A stretch of DNA of 64,000 nt from Vicugna vicugna (Eukaryota): the NCBI GenBank assembly GCA_013265495.1, contig MU058781.1, positions 4,837,050 to 4,901,049 of the forward strand, read 5' to 3'. Shown piece after piece: positions 48,941-62,008 of the stretch; the first letter of the stretch is position 1, and each line of letters opens with the position of its first letter. The notes beneath the pieces were generated by a model. It did no database searches. It was not told the origin of the DNA and saw only the letters and a program-made list of their open reading frames with translations. Position numbers and translations under genes: made by a program.

Positions 48941-50974
48941 TTTAGTGTAGTTCTTGTTTATCTGAGAGATATTAATTGCTCTCCTGCCATATGCTGGGCG
49001 TGTGCCAAATGCCAGGCAGGCAGTGGTGAGCAGTGGCCATGGCCTTGTTATAGAAGAAGAGGACCAGTGCTTTGATGGATGAGTGTCCAGGGTGCTGTGG
49101 GCAAACTTCGGAGGGACAACTAAGACTGTGGATGTCACAGTGTAGACACTTGGAGGGTAGGAATTAGCGGGGTGAAGATGGGAGTGGAGAGCATTGTGTT
49201 GAGGAGTGAAGGTAAGGATGGCATGCAGGTGTTTGGAAAGAGGAAGGGATGGATGCTCAAGAGATAGGGCTTAATTTGTATTTTCTCCAGGAAATAAGCA
49301 TTGCAGTGAAATTTTTTAAAAGTAGTATCTGGAGTCTTCCTCTGTGAAAGAAGAGTAAGGGAAGCAGTGGGAAAACAGAGCCATGTCTTCTTAAGAGAAG
49401 TGGCCCATCCAGCTGTGAGTTGTGGACTCCCGTGGAGACAAGGGAGGTTTTCCCAACTGACTGGTCGGGCTGGACTGGACGTCTCTGGTGAAATAGATGA
49501 ATACCAGGTAGCTAATTTAATTTCTAGAAGTGCTGCTTAAATGCCTTTGCCTCCTACTACTGGTTAGAGCAAAACAAGCATGTGATTTATGTAAAAATAC
49601 CCGACTGTGAGTTTTTATCAGGACTCCGCAGAACAGTGTAAAAGTGATGCTTCCTGTCATAGCCACTTTGCAGAATAAAAGTAAGAAAATCAGTATTCTT
49701 TACAAATGACTAGTCACAGTGGAAAATACTGTCTGCTGAGCTTATTTGTAGATAGCGTGAGTAAAGCCCCCCAACCTCATACCCCAGCCAAAACCAAAAC
49801 GGTGATTTACATAGCAAAAGTGGAACAAAGACGGCCCTGAATCCTGGTGAAGGGATTCTCAAGATGGTACAAGCCATGCTGTTTCTGGCCTGTGCTCTCT
49901 CTGCGTTTTTTTTGCCAGGTCATCCTGGAGAGCTGGGGATGCCCTGGCTTCTGGAGGTGCTGAAAGGAAATGGGCCTAAGTCTTCTGACTGATCCTTCCT
50001 AGGAGATGGGATTTAACCTTAAATACCCAGTACCGTTTGACCAGATTTAGACCAAGATTATTGCCTTAAAATAGCTCTTGGACGTGACCCTTGCCAGGAT
50101 GACTTGTAAATCATTTTCTGCCAGGAACTGAGCTGACTTTGGTTTGTGGGCTGCTGAGTCCAGGTCTGGGAACGTGTTCTGCTTCTCTGTGTCTCCACAG
50201 GGCTGCCTGCCCACAGCCCCCTTTTGAGAACTCTCATAGGCTTCTTGACATCTTGAGTGCCGGGACTGGACCCCTTTGGGATGCCGAGATTTGCCACAGC
50301 ACTTTTTGGAACTGCAGTGAGATTATTCCCTGTAATGTTTCTGTAACAGGAAGCTGATGGGCTCAGAGACTTCCATGAGTGTCGACTGGGGCAGGAGGAT
50401 TCATACCACCCCCACCCCAAATCCCAAAACCTTCCCCCAGAAGGACTGATCAGCTGCTCCCTGTCACCTAGAGTGAATCCTGGCTGTGGAGAGCCTCCCC
50501 CAGTTTGAAACCTACTCACTAGGTTTGAAAAACTTGGAAGCCTTTTCTCTGCAGAGGTCAATATTGGATTTGTTTTTTTTCTGCCCAACTCAGAAGCAAA
50601 CCCCTTAAAACAAAGCACAAGTGGTACTCTGATTCAGCTTGCAAAAAAGTGGCTTCTTAGTTTTGTTTTTTTTTTACCTTTTTTCTTTTAAAAGATAAAA
50701 TCTGCTTTTTCTTTAAATATCCCAAGGCCTGAAAGGGAGTTTTGTATTATAAATATTTCTTTAATAAGTCACTTTTAACAGCATGAAACTTGGGGAGTTC
50801 CCCCATATTTGGACCAGGTCCCTGAATTATGTCACTAAAGGTGTGGCTTTTAGCCTTGACTTGTATTTAATTTGGGTGGCTACTTTCCAGAAAAATCAGT
50901 TTAACCTAGTGAGTTGTCACAACCACCCCTCCTGTCTTTTTTTTTAAGACAATTGTAAATCAGTTCAGATTTTT

Positions 50975-51280
50975 TCAAAAAGCAAGTTTACTGAAGTCCA
51001 GTTTATAAATGCAACCATTTCAAGAGTGCATTCTGATAAGTTTTGGCAACTGCGTTATGTATTAGGTATTATACACAGCACTCACCTCAGAGGGTTGTGT
51101 CCCTTTGCAGTCAGTCCCCTGCCCCTCCCCTTCTATAGTCCCAGGCCAGCACTGTTCTGATCTCAAGCGCTCTGGTAGGAGTTCATGTAAATGGAAGCAA
51201 TCTTGTGTCTAGGTCCCTTCACTGTAATGCTTTTGAGATTCATACCAATAGGTTCTTCCTTCCTTTTATGGCTGAATAGT
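50975..51280 (-). mobile_element. L1 3' fragment
   Basis: aatgcaaccatttcaagagtgca...ccctttgcagtcagtcccc...catgtaaatggaagcaat...cttttgagattcat...ccttttatggctgaatagt. Confidence 0.75.
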
Positions 51281-51350
51281 CTCTTCTTTTTGTCTTTCTG
51301 TGCCTTTCAATGGCTTTCTCTTTTTCTACCTTGCTTTCTCTTGCCTTGTC

Positions 51351-51518
51351 TTTTTTTTTTTTTTTTTTTGTTTTTTTTTTTTTTGGATTTTTTTTTTTTT
51401 AGGTTTATTTTTCTTTGGGGGGTAATTAGGTTTATTTTTAGAGGAGGTACTGGGGATTGAGCCCAGTACCTCATGCATGCTAACCACACACTCTACCCCT
51501 TGAGCTATGCCCTCCCCC
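51351..51518 (-). mobile_element. Camelid tRNA-derived SINE (Vic-1-like) with a long tail
   Basis: ~50-nt nearly pure T tail then ggggggtaattaggtttattt...gaggtactggggattgagcccag...ttgagctatgccctccccc. Short flanking repeat ttgcctt. Confidence 0.88.
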
Positions 51519-52028
51519 TTGCATTGCCTTCTTGAATGGTCTGGTCTTTCTGTTTATTTCGCATTGAGTCCATTTCTCACCTGGGCATTAAAACAACCTT
51601 TACGTTTCACATAGACCAAAATAGCCAAGTAACTGGAGAGGTGATCCCATGCTCACCCCTCTACACAAAAGGGAGCAACCAGCAAACATGTCAGCAGACC
51701 CAAGCTTTGTTCTGTAGCATCAGAGCTGGGAGTAAATGCTGGAGTTCTTACTCTCCCTTCAACATCTTTCCCTTAAACCAGGCTGCAGCCTCCAGTTCCA
51801 CAAAATATAATATGTGAGTGTTCTGATTGCTTGTGTTGCTTGTTTTGAAACTGATTTTTTTGCGACAAGAATTTGGTGCTGAATACCATAGAGTTTAGCA
51901 CTGGGCAACTGTCTTCCTACCTGTTTCCATCCCTTTTGATCAGAGGGAAATGTACCAACTAAGCAGGGAGGAACCACGGAGCCTTAGGTGCACAGAAAAC
52001 ATCTCCTGACTTCTGCTAAAGTAGTTTT

Positions 52029-52120
52029 TTTTTTCTTCTTTAAATGGCGGTACTAGGGATTGAACCCAGGGCCGCGTGCATGCTAAGCACGGGCTCTACC
52101 ACTGAGCTGTACCCGCCCCC
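52029..52120 (-). mobile_element. Camelid tRNA-derived SINE, short form, with TSD
   Basis: ggtactagggattgaacccagggccgcgtgcatgctaagcacgggctctaccactgagctgtacccgccccc. 17-bp TSD tctgct(a/g)aagtagtttt (52012-52028 and 52124-52140). Confidence 0.9.
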
Positions 52121-53159
52121 ACCTCTGCTGAAGTAGTTTTAATCAGTGAGAAAGTCGCATTCTGGTGAATCTGGGTGCCTTGTTGGGGCTTGCTGTAACT
52201 TCTCAATTTTTTGTGCAGAAACTGTGCTGTGTTGAGAAGAGGTGTCTTGTCTGGGCAGTGGGGGGTTTGGTGGGGGGCCTGGGCTAGGAATCTGGAAGTG
52301 TGCCCGCTCCACTTGCCCCTGAGCTTGTGTGTAAATACTGGAAAGCAGGGCCCAGTTCTCACAGATCTGACATTTGTACCTCCTCATTGTGGCTTCACAT
52401 TTTCAAGAGAGCCAGCTTTTCTGGGAAGTCTGCCGTCAAAACCAAAACACAGGTTGCTGGTGAAGCCGAGAGCGGGTTTCTGGCACTTTGGCAGAGTGGG
52501 GTGTGTCCGGGCGCAGTACTGAGAGCCACGTCCGTTTAATTTGTTGCAGAAGGGGTGTGTCTTTTCTCTGTGGCACTGGTTTTTTGACTTGCAAATCTGG
52601 GGAGGAGCCAGCAGTCTGAAAGTAAGTAGACTTCGTGGGAGCATTCCCTGGTGACAGAGAGGACTTAACTGCATTTTAAGAACCTGTCATTAGAAAGTTA
52701 GTTTCTTCCCACTTGGCATTTATCAAAGCAGTGCCTTAGATACATCTGTCATCTCAGCCTTGCCCCTAATGGCAGCTGAGCCTGGCAGGTGTGGGGTTGG
52801 TAATTACCTTTGTCGTCCTCTCCCACAGAACCTCACACCTGCTACCCCGGCAGCCCCTCTTTGTGTTTTTCTCCATCATCTTGTTTGGGGAGGAAAATAC
52901 TGTGTTTGGGTCCAAGATACGGCCACGATAAGTCGCTCCAACTCTGGATAGCAATTATTCAGGTGGTATGGTTCACGGGTGAGGGACACCTGTGGGGCTT
53001 CCAGCGGTCAGGGAGGATGCTTAAGGTAACTCAGGCAGTGGGTGGCACGGCTGGACTGAAACTCGGCCCCAATCTACCCTTGGACCTCCTGTGGCTCTCT
53101 GGCCGGCCTGTGCTCCCCAATCCTGCCAGTTACTCTACCACCATATCCTTTTATTTCTA

Positions 53160-53342
53160 GCATGGAGCACTACCTCTGTTACCTTATTTGTTGTTCACTT
53201 GTTGGTTTTCTCCACTAGAATATAAACTCCACGAGAGCAGGAAGCTTTTTGTTCTTGGTCACAGATCTACCTCAGGCACCTAAATGGTGCCAGACACTTG
53301 GTGCTTCCTAAGTATTTGGTGAAGGAGCGAATGAATAAATGC
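53160..53342 (+). mobile_element. L2 3' end
   Basis: ccactagaatataaactccacgagagcagg...tggtgccagacac...aagtatttggtgaag...gaatgaataaatg. Confidence 0.8.
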
Positions 53343-55124
53343 TATTTTGAAATTAGCTGTAGTTCACTTTGTGACTTCTGGTATAAGTTTTCTCTTAGGA
53401 GGTTCATTCAGTAAATGATAGCTGGAGGTACGTAAAACCCCCACGCATTGGAGATAACTCATGCTGTTTGTTTGGTACGTGTGTGTTGGGGCTGATAGGT
53501 CTCTAGAAACGCAGTTGAGGTGTCTTGGAGTGGGAGGAAAGAGGGAGCCTGAATGTGCAGAATGGCAAAGGGAACCCACAGATGTCAGAGAGAGATCTTG
53601 GAGGAAAAGTTTGGGGACTGCAAAATGAATTGGCAAAAATAATTTGTGAGCTGCTTCTAATGACTTACATCATTCTTGGCTTCTAGAGCATGCTGGTAAA
53701 GCAAGACCTCTACCTACTTGGCCTGGTTTATCTGGTCCTTGCTGCCATCATAAAAGCCTTCCACGGAAACTGAACATTGGCATGTTTGTCCGAAAATCCT
53801 CACTGTATCTCCGTAGATTGATTCTGTCGGAAAGAAGAGTTCAGACATGTTTTGATTACTGTCATCACTTCCTTAAGATGCCAGCTAGTGGACAGTCTGG
53901 CGGATTACAGAGGGTCAGAAACAGCGCATTGGTCCCTTCGAATTTTGTTTGAATGACTCCGTCACGGGCAGCTTAGCAGAGCTGATGCCTTACGTTTCCC
54001 TCGTCGGTATCAGCTGGCTTCCCAAGGTGGTGAGGACTGTGTGAGAAGGACTGCGTGGAGCCGCGTCTTGAAGCATTACAGTTTCAAACATAGCTTTGAT
54101 CTTAGCACGGGAAGCTTAGGAGAGTCAGTAAGCCCTAGAGGGAGGAGTGGAATCTGGAGTCTTGACCCACACCGCTTAGGTATTTTGGAGTGCAGCTAGA
54201 GTATTTTCCTAATTAGGATGGGGTCCGGCCGGGTAGGTGAAGTGTCTCCTGCTGCTTGGGGTCCCCGTTAGTTGTGGTGGTCCTGAGTTCCTGGAATAAC
54301 GGAGCTGAGTTTATGCCCAATTCTTTCGTGTCTAATTTGGTTTGAGTTTTGAGTCGAATACTGTAACCAGAATTGGGAAAGGGCTTCAATGAAGCAAATG
54401 CTGTGCTGTGTGCCGGCTCGGCCCCATGTGCTGCCCATTTATTACCATCTGCTAGGACTGCCTTGGGAGTACAATTTCTTTATGGCACCCAAATCTACAA
54501 AAGAAGAAAGTGATGCTTTTAGAATTAATCTTTTTATCTTCAGATTAACTCCCTAGTGACGGAGGACTTAGCTGGAGCCACAGATCACTCACCTGGGTCC
54601 TGCTTCCACTCAGTTGTGTTCCATAAATGTCGTTTTGTTAAGTATTTTCTCAATACCACAAATACAACTACAGTGCTGGACTCTACACATTTTGATTCTA
54701 AAAAGGGGAGCTGCTTGCTTGAAAAGCTGTATGAAATACAGATTCTGTTGTTACTCAGCCGAGGTTCCCAGTTAGGCGTCTTATAATAATGATTGCTTCT
54801 GTAGTAATTTTAAGGTTTATTTCCGAGGGCAGTAGAACTCCTTTTGCTTTTTTTTGTCTGTTCTTGCCAATAACAGTAGTGCCATCACAACAAGAGTGGA
54901 GAGCCACCTTCATTTCCCCTTTCAAGCACCAGAAGATGGTGAATAGTGCCACCAGAGAAGCAGCATATATCTTAGCGTTCACTGTGCCTCTGGACCAGGC
55001 AACAGAGGAAGAGGGAGTGGGTGCTGAGCGAGCTGTGCCTGGGGAATTTTTCTTTAGTCCTCATGTGAATAGGATCATTGCTATCACATGAAGGACTTGA
55101 AATCAGTGAGACTCCTTATTGCAA

Positions 55125-55202
55125 ATATAGATCGACAGATCGATCAATTGATCAATAGATAGGTAGATCGGTTGATTGATCGATCTGTCTGTCTGCCTAC
55201 TA

Positions 55203-55233
<31 letters not shown>

Positions 55234-55270
55234 ATCCATCCATCCATCCATCTATCTATCTATCATCTAT
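55125..55270. repeat. Compound microsatellite (GATC/GATA, TCTG, TC, TCCA, TCTA)
   Basis: Successive tetranucleotide and dinucleotide arrays are directly visible. Confidence 0.9.
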
Positions 55271-55299
55271 GGTTTTTGAAATGTCATCAGTTTCTTTGA

Positions 55300-56040
55300 A
55301 GTAGTGTCATTCGGTTGATAGGATTGCTTGAAGCCAGACACCTTGGGTTTTTTATTTTAAATATTTTTAAATTGAGTTATAGGCATTTTACAATGTTGTG
55401 TCAAATTATTCATTGTCCCATTGTTTTTTTCGCTGTGAGCTACCACAAGATTTTGTATATATTTCCCTGTGCTATACAGTATAATCTTGTTTATCTATTC
55501 CACATTTTGAAATCCCAGTCTGTCCCTTCCACCCCCTGCCCCCTCGGCAACCGCAAGTTTGTATTCTATGTCTACGAGTCTGTTTCTATTTTGTTTTTGT
55601 TTTTGTTTTTTAGATTTCACATGTGAGCGATCTCATATGGTATTTTTCTTTCTCTTTCTGGCTTACTTAGAATGACATTCTCCAGGAACATGTTGCTGCA
55701 CGTTATGTTGTCGGTTTTTATGGCTGAATAGTATTCCATTGTATAAATATACCGCATCTCTATCCAGTCATCTGTTGATGGACATTTAGACTGTTTCCAT
55801 GTCTTGGCTATTGTAAATAGTGCTGCTGTGAACATTGGGGTGCAGGCAGAACACCTTGGGTTTAAACCCCAGCTCTGCCTCTAATGGAATGACCTTGGGC
55901 AAGTCATTTAGTCTGGACCTCAGTTTCCTCACTTGTAAAAAGGGTAATAGTAGAACCGTTGCCTTCGGGTAGCTGTGGGGTTTATGAGTGTATGTCTGGT
56001 CTAGAATGAGTCCCAGTAGACACTCTTGAGTATTAGCAGC
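55300..56040 (+). mobile_element. MIR SINE interrupted by the L1 at 55351-55846
   Basis: Left part gaagccagacaccttgggttt continues after the L1 as aaaccccagctctgcc...gaccttgggcaagtcattta...cctcagtttcctcacttgtaaaa. Confidence 0.8.
55351..55846 (-). mobile_element. Lineage-specific L1, 5'-truncated (~0.5 kb), with TSD
   Basis: ORF 55617-55835(-) MFTAALFTIAKTWKQSKCPSTDDWI...MEYYSAIK is the ORF2p C-terminus. 13-bp TSD acaccttgggttt (55338-55350 and 55851-55863). Confidence 0.93.
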
Positions 56041-59000
56041 TGTGATTCTATATGCCTCCTTTCCCCACCGGTTATTTATAATTAGAAGTGTCATGTTGCT
56101 CAGCTCTTCACTCGATTCTATCAATTTAGCAACAGAATTTTAAAAGTCAGAAATAATTTCTTCCTGTTCCCCTGTGAAACCCCCTTGAGAAAGGGGGACG
56201 AAACAGCCGTTAGAACCAGTTCTGTGAAATGTAGAGACAATATTGACATGTCATTTTTTTCCTATTTTACTTGAAAATGCGAGCCTCACTGAGGATAACA
56301 GTTTAGCTTCTGAGATGGTTATGAACTGGTCCATGTGGTTTGGGAGTCATTTAAAGGTGATGCGTGGATTTGTAGTAAAGCTTTGCTTTACTTTGAAATC
56401 TGAGATTCAGCAGACAGTGCCCTGAAAGTAATTCCCCCCAAAACTCCCCAGGAAATTTTCACCATTTACTTTAGTAAAACTGGAGGTTTGCCTCTTGAAC
56501 TTAAGTTTTGCACTGCTTACACAGTAAGTCAGTAAAGGTGAGTTTTTCCAAAGGTACCTTCTTAATTGCTTATCCTGTAACCAGTGGGACCAGGATCCCA
56601 ACCAGAATATGTCCTCTGAAATCCTGAGGTGTTGGCTTGGGATGTATTTTTTTGGGTTTTTTGTTTGAATTAATTTCACTTGTTGAGAGTTTCTAATCTG
56701 AAATGTGACTGCAGTGGTGTTTGTTCTAGGCTGTCCTGTCCCCCTCACTCCCCTGTTCATCCCTCAGGGTAGGTTTGCCCCTGGGGGCATGAGTTAGCTC
56801 CGAGGACCACACGGAGCTGGGGTGTGCAGAGCTGGCTGAGGGCAGGAGTAACGAGGTGTTGATCTCTGTCACACATCTCTTCAGTACCAGCCCTGCTCCC
56901 ACAGAATGCGGGAGTTTAGGCCTCCCTTCCCCTCCCGTGTTTGCGGTGCTGGGCCTCACCAGCCAGTGTAGCAGAGGTGAGCGCAGAGGGAGGCAGAGGC
57001 ACGTGTGTTCCCTGGTGTCGCAGAGGTTTGCTGATGATCCCGGGCATGGAGCACGCCCCCCGAAAGTGAACTCGGGTGTGAGAATGAGAACGCTTAGTCA
57101 GACGGAGTTTGTTCTGCCTTTGTGTTTAAGCTGCAGAGGAGAGGCAGAAGCCCAGGGCAGGGCCGGAGAATGAATGGGTCTGGCTGGCACTTTGAGAGGG
57201 AAGGAGAGAAGTGAACAAGGTAATGAACGCTATGCCCTGGCTGCCCAGGTGGGTTGTGCTCTCCAGCTGCACATCCTTCTAGAAGAGGCATGTCGTTGTC
57301 CGTTGTAGGGTACCTGGGACCTTTTACACATCCGACAAGAGTCTTTTTTTGGTGGTGTTGCCATCCAACTACAATGAAAGAACCTTTTTTACAGCACTTC
57401 CAGCTGCGCAGTTGCTGGGAACCACAGGCTCTCAGAGCTGGTCCTGAGGTTCCCCAGAGGCACCCCACTCCCCCTCTTTAATCATAAGGCATCTCAGAGG
57501 AGCGTCATTTGGGGCAGGCCTGATTCACGGGTATGACTGTGCCCTGGCTGGCCAGCCTCATTAGAGATATTTTTGGGAACAGAGACAGTGAGGGATGGGA
57601 AGGGTAACAAAAACCTCTTGGGATTCCCGGATCGCTCAGGCTGTTATAAACAGTAAGTGCTGCCTTTGATCTTGGAGGGCGGTGTGGGGCAGGCAAGAAA
57701 GGGGGTGGTGGTTACAGAGGAGAGAGCTGGAGCCAGACAACCATAATGGCCTGTCCAAAGGCTGCTGTGAATCCAGTGGCGAAAGGCTCTGTACTTGCCA
57801 CTAATTTCTGTTTTCTTTGCTGTGGTTGGCTTTATTAAAAGGGCATAAGGAAGCAGCCTAGACATTCATTTCTAATCAGTTTTCTGAGTTAGCAGTGGGG
57901 AGGAGAGAAAGAAATCAGGCCTTTGGTGATGTCAGAGAAAGGATGACTGGCTCTGTGGTTTATTCACTTTCTTGGGGCAGGAGAGAGATAATGTGTTACA
58001 AATATATAATATGCAAGGAATGTTATAAATCATCAAAAAGATTCATGGGACACAGCTGTTTCCTTCTCTTTGGCAATCTGGGACTAGGGAGGGGCTGCTG
58101 CCTTAAACATGATTTTCAAAGGGTGCTTCTGACAGTCATTGTATTGTGTGTAACCTTTTCCTCTACACAGTTCTGCACTGGCAGTTCTGTGTGTGAGTGA
58201 GGTGGACTTACCTGTCCTGCGTGCCTGCAGCAAGACCGGGAAATGGGGTCTGCACTGGAGAGTAGCAGGGAAGATCTCAGCTGCGGATAGCCCTTTAACT
58301 TTCTATGAGGGAGAACCACCTAATCAGTGGCTGCACATTATGTAAATTTGATGCAATAATCAAGCTTCATGCTCCCTGCATCATCTGCATTTTGATTTCA
58401 GGGAAGTTCAGCCCTGTGACTCTTGGCTTATTTGAACTGGAGCTAAGCACTAAGATATTTTAGTCACACCCTAGTTAGGGAGTGTATCTGTGTAAATACA
58501 AGTTGGTAATTTCAAGTAGACACAGCTATATTATTAGAGCTTGGTTAATTTGAGCTCCCTGGCTTCTGCCATCGTCGTGGTATGTTTTTCAGTATGTTTC
58601 AGAAAATTAAGACTTTGTTGTCGTCCCCTTTTCAGCATGATTCACTTCTTATCCTGTGCGTGGAGAAAGCTGACGGGAAGAAACTTACACTGTGCTTGGG
58701 GAGGCTTGTGAAGGGAGTGGAAAATGTATTGCTGTGTTAATGCACCCCACAATCCCAGTGACTTAATATTTATTTAATAAGCAGGTCAAGTCTTGGTTAT
58801 GTATCAGTAATCTAAGCTAGGCTAACCCTGTTCTGTTTCCAGCTGGGCCGATTTAGAAGGAAAGAGGAAAACCTTGCCTTTAATTAAGCAGCTTGTAGGA
58901 TTGCATGGGTGAAAATAGGAAAAACAGACTTTAGAAACTTCAGTAATTGTACTCTGCAGCCCACACCCTTAGAGTGGACTAGTACCTGCGGGTGGGGGGG

Positions 59001-60589
59001 GACTACCGTGCAAGTGGGTTGAGGCAGAAGGTGAAATGTTGAATGTTCATTATCAACAGGCCACATAAATGTGATTTGGAGGTTGTTATGAAAGCTACTG
59101 TACTTGAAACTCATCTGGTATTCATTACAATGCAGTTCCTAAACAAGATGAAACTGTATAGCTAATGGCATAACATGTTTCCTCCTTATCTAATCAGGGA
59201 TCTTTCTTGAGCAGCTAGATTAGATGTTATTCAGAACAGATAATATAGGAAATAATGACTATATTTCATTTGTGGAATTAACCATATGGCCTCTAACTTA
59301 ACATATATTGCTTATGAACATAAAACCAGCAAAGAGCAGTCTGTCATGTGTTTAGCCAGTGGCAAACAAGATTATGTGGGTTTTTTTTTAAAATCTGCAT
59401 ATGCAGTATCTGCAGTTTGGAATGATTTTATGGTTTTGGTGCTTTTGCCCATCTTGTTTATAGAATTTATGAAACTGTAGTCAGAATGTGGGTGAGGTGA
59501 GGTAGTGAATCATAATGAATAACATTCACTCAAGAAGATACGTATTGATTGTACAAGGCAGTATGGTGGGCACTGATTTGCCTGTTGTGAGCATGTTGAA
59601 TATGCCGGAAACTCACAAGCTCATTTTGAGAAGAAAACAGCTAGATTTCTTCAAACATTCGAGTTTGATTTCTGAATGTTACCAGTTATAGAAGACCTGG
59701 GCGTGTGCCAAATCGCACTGCGCTGAGTTTCTGTATCGTTGATATAATCAGCCACTTTCTTCTTGTAGGGGCGAAGGACTTGCCGTCTTTTACCTCATGA
59801 GGAAGGAAATCATAAAAATGATTCTCAGTAGTTACTTGTGAGTTGTCCGCTCTGTGTATTAGCTGAGGCTGACTGTGCCCACGTGTGTGTTCAGATTAGA
59901 GAACACATCTCATTGCTTACAAGTAGGTGCTGTTACTGTAGCTTTTTGTTACTTCTGCGTCCAAGGATTGGTAGCAGTGAAACCAAGCAGTATGCTCAGA
60001 ACCGAAGACTGTGAGTGCCAGGAGACTGGTTATTTCATAACTTGTCAGCAGAAAACACATTTCTGCAGCATCTCATGAATACCCCTTGTCTTTACAAATT
60101 AATTGCTGCCTTCCCTGCGCCAGTGGCTCAGCGAAGTAACAGCAGCAGAAATACTTTCCTGGAAGATAGAAGTTAATCAGTAGGAACAGAGCATGAGTTA
60201 GAACTCTAATTTTATAATTTGAAGGGTTCTCAACTATTAAAACTGGTGTCTAGGGGTTGATAGGAGGGTGGGAAGTCTTTGTAGGGTCTGATAGGTAGAA
60301 TGGAAAATGTAATAATGTAACTCTGGACATACCTGGAAGCATGTAGAAGAATATGATGACCCCTTGTGGGACCTTCGTTTTCAAGGGACAGAAAAAGGGG
60401 AAGGGGTGTAGGGACTGCGGTTGTGGTCGTACACCTGGTTAAAGAACAGACTGCTCACAGATGAAGAGCCATGTTCATTGCTCCGGACTAATTTAGTATT
60501 GATTTGCAGTGGCCTGCCAAATATTTTCTCCCTCAGTGTATCTCCCCAGCCCGAAGAGGTCCGGACAGATGCTGCGGTGTTTGCTTTGA

Positions 60590-60740
60590 CTTAAGTCCTC
60601 ATGTCTTGAGTCCTGTCCATCTCTGCAGAATGGGAGGTATTAAATCACAGCACCTACTTGAAAGGATTGAGTGTTTGGATCACATGAGAAATGCTTAGAA
60701 TAGTACTTGGCATAGATTGAAAGCGTTCAGTGACTGTTTC
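60590..60740 (+). mobile_element. MIR SINE
   Basis: catctctgcagaatgggagg...cacctacttgaaaggattg...gcttagaatagtacttggcatag. Confidence 0.65.
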
Positions 60741-61769
60741 TAAACCTAAATTGTGGGCAGTATTTTCAGCCGGTGGTCAGGGGGCGTCTGCGTCAAGCCA
60801 CAGGCTTAGCTAGACTCTGTCTCTCAGTCTTTTAGCTAAAAAGGTGGCTTTGAGGAATCTGCAGCATTGGGGGTAGGGGGAGATTTCAGGATAGAGAAGG
60901 TTAGATGGTTTCCTGGCTTCTTCTAGAATATGTCTTCAAACACCCCCCCCCACCCCGTGTCAAATTCTGGAATATCAGATGTAACCATAATATAAACATA
61001 ACAGCATACTCATAAGCCAAAGAGAGAAAAATTTCAAGCTGTTCTGAATTATCTGGTTCATTTGAGAATCGGGCTTTGCCATTTGGTTATAGCAGGCTCA
61101 CTCTAGAAATGCAGTGCAGTTCAGTTCACTGCTAAGGTAGCCAGCACCAGGTCTGTAGTTTGCTCTGCCCCACAGCATGGTGGTTGTGGGTTTAACAACA
61201 GATTCATTCTGACTCTTTTCTGCTCCCCTGGGCTGTAGTAAGGAACCACTTAGATCTGAGTGGGTGGTGGACTTTTGCCTGCTAAGCAGGCAGACACAGC
61301 CTGGTTTTCCAAATGCATTTCTTCTGTCTTGCTTTCTGCATCCATGAAGCATATTTGAATTGTGTAGGAGTAGCTAAGTATTGTTTCCTTTCTTACTCTC
61401 AGAGGAATGAGCTGGGACGCGTGCGTGCATGTGACTCACCATAGCCTCGCTTGTGTGCATTACAGCACCAAGGGAGATCCTGTCCTCCTGGCCCCGCAGA
61501 TCTGTGGGTGACTGACTCTCCACTATCCCCAAAGAGTCAAACCCAGAGAAGGTTTTCTAACACCTTGTGCTTTTTCCTTTTGTACTTCTTCCTTGGAATC
61601 ATGCTTTGTCCTGCACTTTTAATGTTCAAAGCTGTGAATGCTAGTAGCCTCTAGCCACCTGTGAGCAACTGAAGCATGCCTGGTCTCTATCAATACGCAT
61701 CCTTGGTAGGAAATACACACTGAATTTCTAAGACTTAGTAATGAAAAGAAAGTGAAATTACTTGATTTT

Positions 61770-61935
61770 TTTTTAACTGAATGAAAGTGTCTTTAAATTC
61801 TGTGGTGTTTTACAATTTTTAAAAGTTTCACACAAGTGATTTCATAATAGACCCATAATAACCCTTTCCCCTCTACCCTGGTATTGCTCCTACCCCTTCC
61901 CTCCTCAATGGTAACTGCCAATTTGTTCTCTATCC
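61770..61935 (-). mobile_element. L1 3'UTR fragment
   Basis: gtgttttacaattttt...ccctttcccctctaccctggtattgctcctacccc...ggtaactgccaatttgttctctatc. Confidence 0.7.
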
Positions 61936-61944
61936 CTCCTCCAC

Positions 61945-62008
61945 TTTTTTTTTTCTTTTTGCAGGGGGAGGTAATTAGGTACACTTATTTTTTCCTTGGG
62001 GATTGAAT
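61945..62008 (-). mobile_element. Partial camelid tRNA-derived SINE
   Basis: Poly-T then gcagggggaggtaattaggt...tggggattgaa. The 5' half is missing. Confidence 0.7.

Noticed and set aside
51441..51472. 11-bp inverted repeat GAGGTACTGGG...CCCAGTACCTC
   Set aside because: Largely inherent to the SINE's tRNA-derived stem, perfected by one substitution.
54288..54296. STAT GAS-like TTCCTGGAA (also 60156-60164)
   Set aside because: Isolated 9-mers are expected by chance in 64 kb and have no supporting context.
55617..55835. ORF with clear protein similarity
   Set aside because: It is the C-terminus of L1 ORF2p in a truncated retroelement, not a host gene. The same applies to 13986-14171.
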